This document shows positions 1 to 10,416 of a DNA stretch of 64,000 bases, one piece after another; position 1 is the first letter of the stretch, and each line of letters begins with the position of its first letter. The stretch is from Octopus sinensis. Lineage: Eukaryota. The notes below the pieces were generated by a model. That model saw only the letters and a list, made by a program, of their open reading frames with translations, did no database searches and was not told where the DNA came from. The stretch spans positions 26,908,001-26,972,000 of the forward strand of contig NC_043013.1 in assembly GCF_006345805.1 (NCBI RefSeq), given 5' to 3'. Made by a program: the position numbers and the translations under genes.

Positions 1-120
1 AGAAGGAGGACAAAAAAAGGGGGGGTTAAAAAAAAAGGGGGAGAGGAAAAAAAATTGATCAATAGGGATCGTTATCACAGAAATGTCAATATGAAGTGTA
101 AAGGGGAGGACAGGTGAGGT

Positions 121-160
121 TTACCGTGGAAAGAAAAGCCTACGGAAAAGACCACGGTAA
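121..160 (-). other. Stem-loop in LINE 3' UTR
   Basis: ttaccgtgg (121-129) and ccacggtaa (152-160) form a perfect 9-bp inverted repeat with 22-nt loop. Confidence 0.6.
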
Positions 161-239
161 CCTCGGTCAATGAAGTCACATGTTATATTTCTTTTTTTTT
201 TTTTGCAAATAAGCAACTCTCTGTATTAATTTTTACGGT

Positions 240-1355
240 TCATAGAATCATAGTCAAGGTGGCTTCGTCATTCATACGTGCCATCCTTGCTACATTCACC
301 CATCTTTTTTTAAAACATTCACTAGACAAAACTTGCCTCTCTACTCTCACTTTTTTCTTCAAGTGATACTTGAAGAAGTTGATGAGAGATTGACCAGAGA
401 GGAAAGTGTTTGTCTCTAATCCTTTCAGACGCGTCCACCAGATACATTCTTTCGCCATAGCCACAAGTATGATAAAAATAGCTCTTCCTTCCCGTTTGAA
501 GGAAGGAGGCGTGACGATATTAACGATAGACTCGGCGGATAAACCGACACGTCCCATACGTGACAGCAGTCGTTCGACATAAGCCCACAGGTGGGAAATT
601 GCTGGACACTGCACGATTGCGTGCAGAGCGGTTTTGTCGCTCTGCCCGCATCTCGGGCAGGTCGGCCCCGTGTTTCTCGAGCCATGCCTATAGAGCTTAT
701 CCCGAACGGGTAGCGCTTCTCGGTAGCACCGCCAGGCCAGGGATCTCTGGAAGTTGTCCATAGGTCCCGGGCCGAAAGTCGTTTGAAACAGGCGGGTCAG
801 GTATTCCTCGTCGACGCCCAGGTTTGCCCCGAGCTCGTCGTCGTACCTCCCCTCCACTAATCCCCTATAGAATACTTTGGTTGTGTTGAAGTCACTCAAG
901 GTCGACCCAGGACGGCAGAGTTGCTTGAGAGCAACGCGACACTCGCGGTGCCATTCGCCCTTCTTCGGCCTCTTTTTGATCCACGACTGTAGTTCGGTCA
1001 TGGAGACGAGTTGCGGGAATGCGTGCCTCACAAACGGCGACCACACCTGTTCACCGTCGTCTACATAGAGCCGGAGATGTCGCAGTCTCAGCGCGTGTCT
1101 GCGCATCATCAACCACGGCATGCCCAGCCCTCCTTTTAACGGGTGTTGACAGCAAATGGATCGCCTGACCATCGGGACGCATCCTTTCCACAAGAAGCGG
1201 AAGAGGATGCGTTCTAGTTTGGTGATGGTAGGGTCGGGACAAGGTACGACGGTCAGGCGGTAGTAGATGATGGACGCGATGTACGCGTTCACCACCTCCG
1301 CCCGACCTTTTAGGGACAGTTTCCTCTCGGCCCATTGCTGGGCGAGAGTGACCAC
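240..1355 (-). CDS. Partial LINE ORF2: post-RT region and zf-RVT zinc-binding domain
   Basis: 371 aa without stops; W.ERKLSLKGRAEVVN..IASII.Y, KGGLGMP, LAWRCYREALPVRDKL and CPRCG...ALHAIVQC motifs typical of L1/Tx1 ORF2. Confidence 0.85.
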   Translation of the reverse strand: MVTLAQQWAERKLSLKGRAEVVNAYIASIIYYRLTVVPCPDPTITKLERILFRFLWKGCVPMVRRSICCQHPLKGGLGMPWLMMRRHALRLRHLRLYVDDGEQVWSPFVRHAFPQLVSMTELQSWIKKRPKKGEWHRECRVALKQLCRPGSTLSDFNTTKVFYRGLVEGRYDDELGANLGVDEEYLTRLFQTTFGPGPMDNFQRSLAWRCYREALPVRDKLYRHGSRNTGPTCPRCGQSDKTALHAIVQCPAISHLWAYVERLLSRMGRVGLSAESIVNIVTPPSFKREGRAIFIILVAMAKECIWWTRLKGLETNTFLSGQSLINFFKYHLKKKVRVERQVLSSECFKKRWVNVARMARMNDEATLTMIL

Positions 1356-1370
1356 CCTACTCGTTATCTC

Positions 1371-1385
1371 GATAGATAGATAGAG

Positions 1386-1434
<49 letters not shown>
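1371..1434. repeat. (GATA)n microsatellite
   Basis: Direct reading. Confidence 0.95.
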
Positions 1435-1444
1435 TATGTGTATA

Positions 1445-1680
1445 CTCATGTCCTGTTATCATATCATGATCGTAAATGAGCATCACCATCATACAAGCAA
1501 GGTTATTTGTTTCCTGTCTTCCATGAAAAACATGTCTAGCCATGAGGAAACATTACCTAGTTTGGAAACAGGTGAGGGTTGGTGACAGGAAGGGCACCCA
1601 GCTGTAGAAAACCGGCCTCAACAAATTCCTTCAGAACCATGCAAGCATGGGAAGCCAGACATTAAATGCTGCTGCTGCTG
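1445..1680 (+). mobile_element. SINE/LINE-tail repeat (family C: ...ggttggtgacaggaagggcacccagctgtagaaa...catgcaagcatgg...ttaaatg tail)
   Basis: Same motif series recurs many times in the window; tail expands into (GCT)/(GGT)n. Confidence 0.7.
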
Positions 1681-1684
1681 CTGA

Positions 1685-1772
1685 TGGTGGTGGTGGTGGT
1701 GGCGGCGGCGGCGGTGGTGGTGGTGGTGGTGGTGGTGGTGGGGTGGTGGTGGTGGTGGCGGTGGTGGTGGCA
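1685..1772. repeat. (GGT/GGC)n trinucleotide expansion, G-rich
   Basis: Direct reading; source of the spurious poly-Pro ORF. Confidence 0.9.
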
Positions 1773-2284
1773 GCAGAGGTGGCAGTAATAACATACATAA
1801 AGTAACTAAATTGCTTTAAAACAGAGATAGATGTATGCATTGCATTTGGCTTCAAAGGAATACACATTCAATAATTATAGTACATCAAAAATATTGAAGG
1901 ATTTTTTTTTTTGAAACATCCTGTCTTTTTCCAACCTTGCATCATACCAATGAACGAGAGGCAACACACAACCATACTGCAGTACAGTGATTCTAAACAT
2001 CTGTATTAAAGTTTAAGTGGCTGAGTACTCCAAACACACACAGACAGGGACTCCTAACATCAGAGTTGCCAAACTGGGTCACATGTAGCAGGTTGGGCAA
2101 CTCTTTGGGTCTGCAGGTTACAATTTATATATTCAATTTTTTTCTACTTTGGGAAGGTTGCTACTTCAAATATTAACTTTTAAATAGAAGAATCTTATTG
2201 AATATCAATCATACTAAATTATTAAATGAGTAAACCAGAACAAATCTATAGGTAATCTCTTCATTAGTTAGAGTGTCAAGCTTA

Positions 2285-2405
2285 CAATCGTGAGGTTGTG
2301 AGTTTGATTTTACCTGACCGGGCTGCGTGTTGTGTTCTTGAGCAAGACACTTTATTTCACGTTGCTCCAGTTAACTCAGCTGTAGAAATGAGTTACAACA
2401 TCACT
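2285..2405 (+). mobile_element. tRNA-derived SINE fragment (family D)
   Basis: ttgagcaagacactttatttcacgttgctccag shared with 20945-21260. Confidence 0.65.
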
Positions 2406-2409
2406 GAAA

Positions 2410-3641
2410 TTTAATAATATTTTAGAATGTCTAATGGAATTAAGAATTATTTTTATGTATTTGTGTACATTTAAACTAATTAAATATTATTTTACAGAAT
2501 AATAGAATTAAAATTTCTTTGATTAAAACCCTTTCTAACATGGAAGTATCCAAAGAGCATTTGAGGCACATAATGCTTTATCAGTACAAAAAAGGAAACT
2601 CTGCAGCCAAAGCGACTCAAAACATACACTCGGTTTATGGGAAAGAATGCTTGAATGAAAGAACTTGCAGAAGATGGTTTGCAAAATTCAGAAGAAGAGA
2701 TTTCAGCCCTGAAGATGAAGATCAAACAAGGCGTCCAGTTGAGTTTGATGATAACCTCTTTGAGGCATTATTTGAAGAAAATCCTGCATTATTGGTTGAA
2801 GAATCGGCAATAAAGCTTAGTTCAAATCATACAACTGTTCATCGTCATCTTCAACAACTTGGAAAGGTTCCTAAACTTGGAGAATGGGTGCCTCATGAAT
2901 TATCTGAAAGTAATCGCAAATCCCGAGTTGACATCTGCTCTTCTCTCCATTCTCGTGAACTCATTTGACCCTTTTTGGATAGACTTGTGACTGGTGATGA
3001 AAAATGAGTCTTCTATCAAAATGTTAAACATCATAAACAGTGGCTTCATAAAAGGGAAAAAGCTCAACTGCAACCAAGAAGGGAATTTCATGGGAGAAAG
3101 GTTCTTCTCTCTATCTGGTGGGATTGCATAGGAGTAATTCACTTTGAATTGTTACCACCTAATGCAACAATCGATGCTCAAGTCTACTGTCAGCAATTAG
3201 AGTGTTTGAACCAAACTTTGAAGAAAAAATGACTGGCTTTAGTGAATAGAAAAGGAGTGATGTTTCATCAGGACAATGCGCGACTCCACACTGCAAAGAT
3301 CACATCACAGAAGATCGAAGAGCTTGGTTGGGGAAAAATTCCTCATCCACTTTATTCTTGACCTTACTCCTTCAGACTACCATTTATTTCATAGTTTACA
3401 GAATCATTTGGAGTACATAACTTTCACAAGCCAGTAGAAGGTCGAAACTGACATTTCAGAGTTCTTCGCTTTGAAACCAAAAGAGTTTTACATTGATGGG
3501 ATTAAAAAGCTCGTAAATAGATGGAAGGAAGTCATAGATAATCAGAGAAAGTACATCGATGATTAAATTTCAATTAAATATAACATTTGATCGCTTGTTT
3601 TCTTTATTCAAAATTAGGACAGAACTTATGGGATGACCTGA
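2410..3641 (+). mobile_element. Mariner transposon 1, decayed; left TIR not found
   Basis: Transposase remnant 2540-3566; right TIR ggacagaacttatgggatgacctga followed by TA at 3642-3643. Confidence 0.88.
2540..3566 (+). pseudogene. Mariner transposase pseudogene
   Basis: MEVSKEHLRHIMLY HTH start, WVPHEL, LVTGDEK, MFHQDNAR, PHP.YS motifs; several stops and frameshifts. Confidence 0.9.
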
Positions 3642-3785
3642 TATTATATACAAAGTGTTTGGGCTAAATTTGACAGTTTGCATAAAAGGAAAAGAAAACA
3701 CAATATCTCCTTGAAAAATAAATGTATTTTAGATATTTTAAAGAATCAAAAAATATCGACCAGATTATGTCTGGGATATAGCAAT

Positions 3786-4705
3786 TTAATCAAAGTAGCT
3801 ACCCTCAGCTTCCACCACAGCTTCAAGATGGCTTTGGGACCTGGTGCATGCATTCCTCACCATGATCTTGTGAACATCTTCAAATACCTTCTTGATCTTG
3901 GCCACCAGCTCCTGCCTTGGCATTGAAGGCAGAGAGGTTGGTATCTTTCTCAACCATGCCCCAAACATAGTAATCCATTGGATTACTATTGGGGGAATTA
4001 GGAGGCTAGAAACTGGTGCTGGTGAAGTCATAGAAATTCTCCAACAATCACTTCTAACTTCAGTGGAGGTATAGCAAGGAGCCAAATGCTGCTGCCACAC
4101 ATTTGGCCTTCTAGCATTTACCCTCTCCAGCCAGGATCTGACTATAGTCTCCAGCAATTTCACATAGCTGTCTGAATTGCATCTAAAACCCTGTTCAAAG
4201 ATGTGGGATGGCACGATGTCACCCTTAATCAGGCCAGGATTAAGACACATTGAGGCGCTAAGCACTTAAAAGATTTTGGTGCCCCCATAAAAGATTATGT
4301 AATTCAAAATATAAACAATAACAAACCATAAAATAAATTTTAATTTTTCAAAACAAAACAAAACAGTAAAAGGAAAAATAATGTATATTTTTGTCTACTT
4401 CTACTTTATTTAGATTTGAAAAGTTTCCTTCTACATTTTTGAATTGCAAGGTCTTTAATCAGATCCTCAAAATTAATCTTAGATAATACATCTGCAGCTA
4501 TACTTAGTAGAGATAAAGGCATTCCAAATATTATTTTAGCAAGTTTAAAGTGATTTCTTTTGTGCCATAAACCATTTACCATTTCTGTAGTGCCCCTCCT
4601 TCGTTTGATGCCCTAAGCACATGCTTATTTAGCTTAATGGTTAATCCAGTGCTGCCCTTAATGGAGATACACCCAAAGACCATCACTATTTGGGGAAACT
4701 AGCCT
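3786..4705 (-). mobile_element. maT/DD37D-like Tc1/mariner transposase remnant, split by hAT MITE
   Basis: VMVFGCISIKGDIVPSHIF reads through once 4230-4662 is removed; RRPNVWQQ.LAPC, LEAVVEAEG.YF at C-terminus; subfamily call from motif recall. Confidence 0.75.
4230..4654 (-). mobile_element. Non-autonomous hAT element with transposase C-terminal remnant
   Basis: Perfect 8-bp TSD cccttaat (4222-4229, 4655-4662); termini caggccaggattaa / ttaatccagtgctg; minus strand reads LSLLSIAADVLSKINFEDLIKDLAIQKCRRKLF (hAT dimerisation-domain end). Confidence 0.85.
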
Positions 4706-4957
4706 TTACAGTTTTCTCAGCAGGTGTGATGTTGGAATTTTGATACCAAAGTGAATCCTTATGATACAGGTAACATTTTCCCAATATTCAGATGGCTTCC
4801 AATCCTCCCTGTCAGCTAACATTTTCTCAACTACCACCTTAACCTTTCTGCTCTCCAACACCATTGATTATGCACAAAGACATCAAACTGTTCCGGAAAA
4901 AAAAAAGAAACCTAAAAATCATCAAATTTAGCCCAACCATTACATATATATATATAA

Positions 4958-5162
4958 AACAATTGCAGCGTGGAAGGTGTTTATAAGCCATTTAAGAAAC
5001 ACACAAAAACTGTCAGATTCACTTCAACATTTAAATTTAATTTGTCAAAATATTTTCGTCGCTTTGAGACCGTGACCTGTTCACTGACAAAGTTTCGTGC
5101 TGCATATGCATCTCTTTGTATATAATATCAGAGATGCAGCACGAAGCTTTGTCAGTGAACAG
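4958..5162 (-). mobile_element. Short Penelope-like (PLE-type) remnant with inverted 5' duplication
   Basis: 5130-5162 is the reverse complement of 5077-5115; contains hammerhead-like fold; adjacent to (TA)n; homologous to 19990-20105. Confidence 0.55.
5041..5091 (-). ncRNA. Candidate type I hammerhead ribozyme, G3-C8 core variant
   Basis: Minus strand: UUUGUCA GUGAACA G GUCAC GGUCUCAAA GCGAC GAAA AUAU UU UGACAAA; 7-bp stem I, stem II with one A-C mismatch, palindromic AAUAUU stem III. Confidence 0.55.
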
Positions 5163-5329
5163 TGAGAGAGAGGGGGAGAGAAAGAGAACAGTGAAGGGGG
5201 AGGAGAAGAAAAACAGAAAGAAGGAAGAATAATAGAGGGTGAATAGAGATAGTTGTAGAGTATGCATCAGAATTATTAAGATAAAAATTACCTGGAAATG
5301 GATGCGTGGCGTTCAATCATATAATGATA

Positions 5330-6780
5330 TAAATTACTTCCCACTCTTGAGCAGCCAACATACAGTTGTCCATGCGAGAAGCAGGGCTAGGACCACTCAC
5401 GGCGATCAAGAGGGTACTCAGTCCTCTGTTTCCCGTTGAGGCACCATCGTTGCCAACGGACACATCGGTGGCAACCGCTAATTCCACAGGCGGTCATCTG
5501 CCGCCTTGTCAGCGCTCGATATCTAGGGCACTTCTCCTCCAATCCGTTGTCGCGACCCATGCCCGTCAGACCAGTAGGCACATGGCGTCCACAGGTTACA
5601 AGTAAGCCCCTGTCGCAGTCAGCTTCACGACTGGCTGGTGTCCATTTTAATTAAGCCAGCAACCATTTTAATTAAGCAAAAAAGGAGAAAAAATTTATTA
5701 CTATTAAAATGCTCACCACGATCACGAGGTGCCGGTGGACATCGGGACCTACACTTCTCTCGATTGGGCCCGTCGCTCCACAAAAGTGCAGACACAGCTA
5801 ACCAACGGAAATGGGCTAATGCACCTTGCCTTCAGCAAACACGACACAGCGAGTTGTGCACTGTTTATGCAGCACGTGACGCAGCCAGATGTGCACTGCC
5901 ATGTTGCCTCCGTCATGAGAGAGCAGCGCGCAGCAGTCGCAGGACCATACAAAAAACCGCCCCTGCCACCGGTCAGTGATGAGCATCGGCAACCTACCCA
6001 ACCCATCTTGAAACACGGACTGAGGAGTCCCAGTCGGATGCAAGTTATTGGATCCTTTCACTTCGCGAACTCCGATGGCACAGTGAAAGCGAGAACGTGA
6101 AACGTCGTCACTCACATTGCCAGCGCCAGTGCCGTCATCGAGGTGTGCACAGCACCTCGAAGCATCGTTCTCAGGTCAGGCTCACGTGTTCGTGATCACG
6201 CGTCATCGAGTTCCCGCTCCTACTCAACTCAAGTGTAGCAGGCAGCCGGGAACCCGAAAGACGGAGAACCATGCCCAGTCGGGATGAAGCCAGAGGAAAC
6301 TCTGGTGGAAGTCCGAAGTGCCTCTGACGTGCAAATTAATTGTTGAAACCGGGTGTATAGGGTGAAAGACCAATCGAGCTGTCTAGTGGCTGGTTCCCTC
6401 CGAAGTTTCCCTCAAGATAGCTGGCACAAGTGGGAGAATGACACGCAATTCCGTTTGGTAAAGCGAACGACTAGAGGCCCCGGGGACGTTGACAGCCTCA
6501 ATCTACTCTCGAACTCAGAATGGGCGAAACGGGCCGCTCCTCTCCCGATCAGCCATTGCGATGCGACGAATGCATGGTAAGCAGAGCTGGTGATGTAGGA
6601 TGAAGCGAACGTCCAGCGAAGGTGCCCTACACTTCACCATTAGACCCTCAAAATTTCGATATAGACAGCAGGACGGTGGCCACGGAAATCGAAATCCGCT
6701 CAGGAGTGTATAACAACTTACCTGCCGAATCGACCGGCCCCAAAAATGCTTGGCACCGAAGCGAGCAACCGATGCCGGAG
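5330..6780 (+). pseudogene. 28S: Dispersed, diverged 28S rDNA fragment (orphon)
   Basis: Colinear LSU core motifs with many substitutions: cccatcttgaaacacggactgaggagtc (~6000), acccgaaagacggagaac, aagccagaggaaactctggtgga, ggttccctccgaagtttccctcaagatagctgg, ggtaaagcgaacgactagagg, gatatagacagcaggacggtggcc, acaacttacctgccgaatc; 5330-5980 is GC-rich and assigned tentatively to the D2 expansion. Confidence 0.88.
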
Positions 6781-6964
6781 AAGATTAACAACCACATACA
6801 ATCACCAAACATCTCCACTACTTAACACCATTCAAACTACATAACAGGCAGAATTGTCGGATTAAGACAGTAGGGTGTTTTGAGGGAGATTTGGCTGCTA
6901 TTTCTACCAGGTCTAGATACCTCTACCTACCGTGTAGAGGTCTCCGTCATTGGCTTATTACATA

Positions 6965-7478
6965 CTAGCAGTATTGCCCGGCGTTGCTCGGGTTTGTAAG
7001 GGAAATAACTATATAAGCATTTTTAGAGAGTTACTTCCCTTATAGATGCCAATTCGGGCTTTCTTAGCCATTTCTGTTTTGGTGTCTTCAAGCCATGAAG
7101 TCGTTGTTCTAAAAGAACGCTGGTCTCCTTGACAACGCATTACGACGTTGATTTCTTTACACTCCCTTCCCCACAGCTTCACGAGGGAGGGAAGGGGGGG
7201 AAGCAAACACAGGTGCAGGTGTTTGAGCGTGGACGCCAACTCCGCCGCCATCGACACACGAAAAATTATGCATTAAAATGGAATAAAAAATGATGTTAAA
7301 TTATTTTTAAAATCGTAGACTCATCGTTGACGCGCGCTAATAGCCAGACGGGCTCGATATGAATCACGACTATAAGATACCCGAATTTGGTTAAACTGCA
7401 CCGCAAAATGTGGGAGGAGTTAGGAATCTAAATCGAAGGGGACAGACACTCACACAACTAGAGTTTTATATATATAGA
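6965..7478 (-). mobile_element. Non-autonomous Helitron
   Basis: Minus strand starts A|TCTATATATATAAAA, ends with cccgagcaacgccggg hairpin then CTAG|T; inserted between A and T without TSD. Confidence 0.85.
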
Positions 7479-7479
7479 T

Positions 7480-7882
7480 ATACATAAACTCGAAATAAAA
7501 TACTTAAGTAACAGGCGTCAAATACAAAAGCCAAGGTCCATGCAGTGTCATGGGCCAAAAAAATTTCCAACTTTTTGCCTAATGCGAGCGCAGAGAAATC
7601 TCTTATCTCTTACACTATTTCAGTATTGCGTCTCTATTGTAATGTGAGGTAATATTTTCGGTTTGAAAGAAGTCTGTTCTATACATAAATATTTTCCTTA
7701 TGCATTCCAAAACGAGTTACAGATTTTGACGTATGTGGTATCAAAAGATTTAGTACTATTTCGGCTACAAATTAAACTTCATTTCCATTCACATATTTGC
7801 ATTTCAAAAATTTAACATTATAATCTTTTCCATATATCAACTCAACTATCGTAAACATTTGATACGATGACGTCACATAGTC

Positions 7883-7929
<47 letters not shown>

Positions 7930-9106
7930 CTGAAAAGATATCAATCATCACGACACACAGCTTCATTCACTTACTCTATCTCTCTTTGTCACTCTGTTTC
8001 TCTCTCTCACACATGCGCCCGCCCCACGCACACACACACATACACGTCCATTTCATATAGACGCACATACATCTTTCACTTTCTTTCTCTGTCTTTTTCG
8101 CTTTCTCTTCTCTCAATTTCTACTCTCTTCAAATAAATTTTTACGGAATGAGCGAGAGAAACACAGAAAAGACGTAATCTCTCCAGAAACAAGTATAAAG
8201 CAAGGATGATTGTAGAAAACCGAAGGCACGAGTCTGAAGAGAGAAACGAGATGAGATTTTCTCAAGATCAGCAAATGCATGATGCAGTAGTTAATGCTAG
8301 ATCAATTAAATCAATGTTTTAATGATTAGACAGAGGTTCAATAGAATAGCTCTCAGAAATAGACTACGTACAAATTCGTTCTCCACAACTCCTGAAGCTG
8401 TTTTCAGATATGATCCATCCCATTCTTATAAAAATGATAACTCTGTCCAAATTGGTGTGCTAAACACAAATTGTCATTTCTGTAGAGCTTTAAAATTTTC
8501 AAATGAAACAAACGGTATGTGCTGCTCAGGCGGTCAGGTAACATCGCCAGCACTACTAGCTCCTTCTCAACATCTAATGGATTTTATAGAAGGTACTTCT
8601 ACCAGTCAAAGGATTTATTGAACAATATCAGACATTTCAACTGACATCATTTGGTGCATCTAAGAAGATAGATAAACATGAATTTATGCCGACGTCAAAC
8701 CTCATTGGTTCCATGTTACCCACAAATGAACAACCACAGTTTTTCCAAATTTACTTTATGAGTGATGTAGGACAACGAACCCGAAGGAGGTGTTAAAATT
8801 TCAGATGATGGGTCTTGTTAGAGACAGCACTGACTGCTGCAAAAGAGAGTATATCTAATGACAGCTTTTTGGTGCGTTCAAAAATCACATAACCTCCACT
8901 CCCAATTTTCCATGACAGGTTGGGGCTCGAAATACTCCAAACGGACACATAGCATGATGCTTAGTCGAATTAGCCCAGCATTTACTCCACAAATGTTTTG
9001 TTGTCAAAGCTACTCTTTCCCATATCACCTATTTCAATATAACTGTAATATATTATATACAAACGATGCCATTTTAATCCCGAACAACGCCAGATATCTC
9101 TGCTAG
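7480..9106 (+). mobile_element. Internally deleted Helitron with RepHel N-terminal remnant; 5' boundary uncertain
   Basis: CHFCRALKFSNETNGMCCSGGQV (8470-8540) and LLNNIRHFQLTSFGA...IGSMLP...FQIYFM; 3' end cccgaacaacgccaga...CTAG|T at 9103-9106. Confidence 0.75.
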
Positions 9107-9120
9107 TGCACACACACACA

Positions 9121-9128
9121 TATGTATG

Positions 9129-9162
<34 letters not shown>

Positions 9163-9203
9163 TGTATGTATGTATGTATGTATGTATGTATGTATGTATG
9201 TAT
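9121..9203. repeat. (TATG)n microsatellite
   Basis: Direct reading. Confidence 0.95.
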
Positions 9204-9580
9204 GAGGACTTACTGCCTATATCCAAGAAATGGACCATGCACAGAGGTATGTATAGATTATTTTCAAAACACAATTTTTCTTAATTCGTTGTGGTAGCAT
9301 ACGTTTCTCTTTGAGAATGGACTTGTTTGTACCCAAGAAATGGACAATGCACTTGTTATAATTATTTCTATAACGTAACAATTTAAAGGAATGTTAAAAA
9401 GAATTTCTTTTAATAACATGAACTGCCTGTATAAAGAATTAAATTTTAAAAATGAAAGAGTGGAAAGCTTTGTAAATAGGGGCAGGGAAAGGTTGAATAC
9501 TTAAGAGAATTTGCAGCGTGTAAGAAGTTTGTAAGCAATTCCAGAACAACAAAAGCCGTTACTTTCACTGCAAAAGGGGG

Positions 9581-10017
9581 GGTCTTTTCGGTTTGAACGG
9601 CAGTTTTTTCTAGCGGTGTCATATGAAATTGTCACCCATAATTATGACCCTAGTATCGATCTATTGCATTTCAATCTGTTTTAGGGTTAGGGTTAGAGTT
9701 AGGGTTAGGGGTAGGGGTAGGGGGAAGGGGAAGGGTATCTTTTTTTCTTCAGAAATGTAAATAAACACAATCTGTTTCTTAAACGAGGGGCATATTCATA
9801 GGGCACAGAATGTTTTCACCTCAATAGACGTCATTGATTGGTTGAAATTGCAGAAATTGAAGAAAAAAAACAACAAATATCTTACAAACTATGGAATTTT
9901 CTCAATAAAGCCAAGGGAAAAAGATGTTTTATAAACAGATTCTACCAGTATACGAAGTTTAAGTGCTTAGTTACGTGGAAATTATTTTAAAAAACTGCCG
10001 GTCAAACCGAAAAGATC
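9581..10017. mobile_element. MITE / non-autonomous DNA transposon with 29-bp TIRs, carrying TTAGGG-like repeats
   Basis: ggtcttttcggtttgaacggcagtttttt (9581-9609) vs aaaaaactgccggtcaaaccgaaaagatc (9989-10017), 27/29 match. Confidence 0.85.
9681..9735 (+). repeat. Telomere-like (TTAGGG)n grading into (TAGGGG)n
   Basis: ttagggttagggttagagttagggttaggggtaggggtagggg. Confidence 0.85.
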
Positions 10018-10416
10018 ATTTGTGTGTGTGTGTGTGTGTTGTGTGTGTGTGTGTGTGTGTGGTGCGTGTGTGTGTTTTTGAATGGCTTACAAACAACTAC
10101 TCTTCAATTGTTTTTATTAATACCATTATGTAGAAGACAGAATCGTAAAAATTTTGTGCGCAAATTTTTGTTTTCATCTTCGTTTATACCATAAATAATT
10201 TTTTAGTCTGAAATGCCACCATCGGCCTCCAAGGACGCGTTGGTTGGCCCGAGGCTATGGCTGAAAATACTTACTGGCGAACAGATGGGGGAGAGGAACA
10301 AGACAATTTACGCGATCCGATTTTTTCCCTAAAGAAAATGGTTATTCTTCCCAACCACACAGTTCCGCGTACAGTCCCAGTGATTGGCACCTTGGGCAAA
10401 CACTGGAGTTTAAAGG

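Larger units (their letters stand above)
1..1371 (-). mobile_element. L1/Tx1-clade non-LTR retrotransposon, 5'-truncated 3' portion (ORF2 end plus 3' UTR)
   Basis: Open ORF2 C-terminus followed by ~240 bp pyrimidine/T-rich 3' UTR running to the window edge; frame stays open to ~1371 (EITSRVVTLAQQW) where it abuts (GATA)n. Confidence 0.88.

Noticed and set aside
5290-6230. GC-rich ORFs of 60-123 aa as genes
   Set aside because: They overlap the 28S-derived sequence; open frames reflect GC content
9681-9735. Chromosome end or telomere healing site
   Set aside because: Short, degenerate and internal to a TIR element
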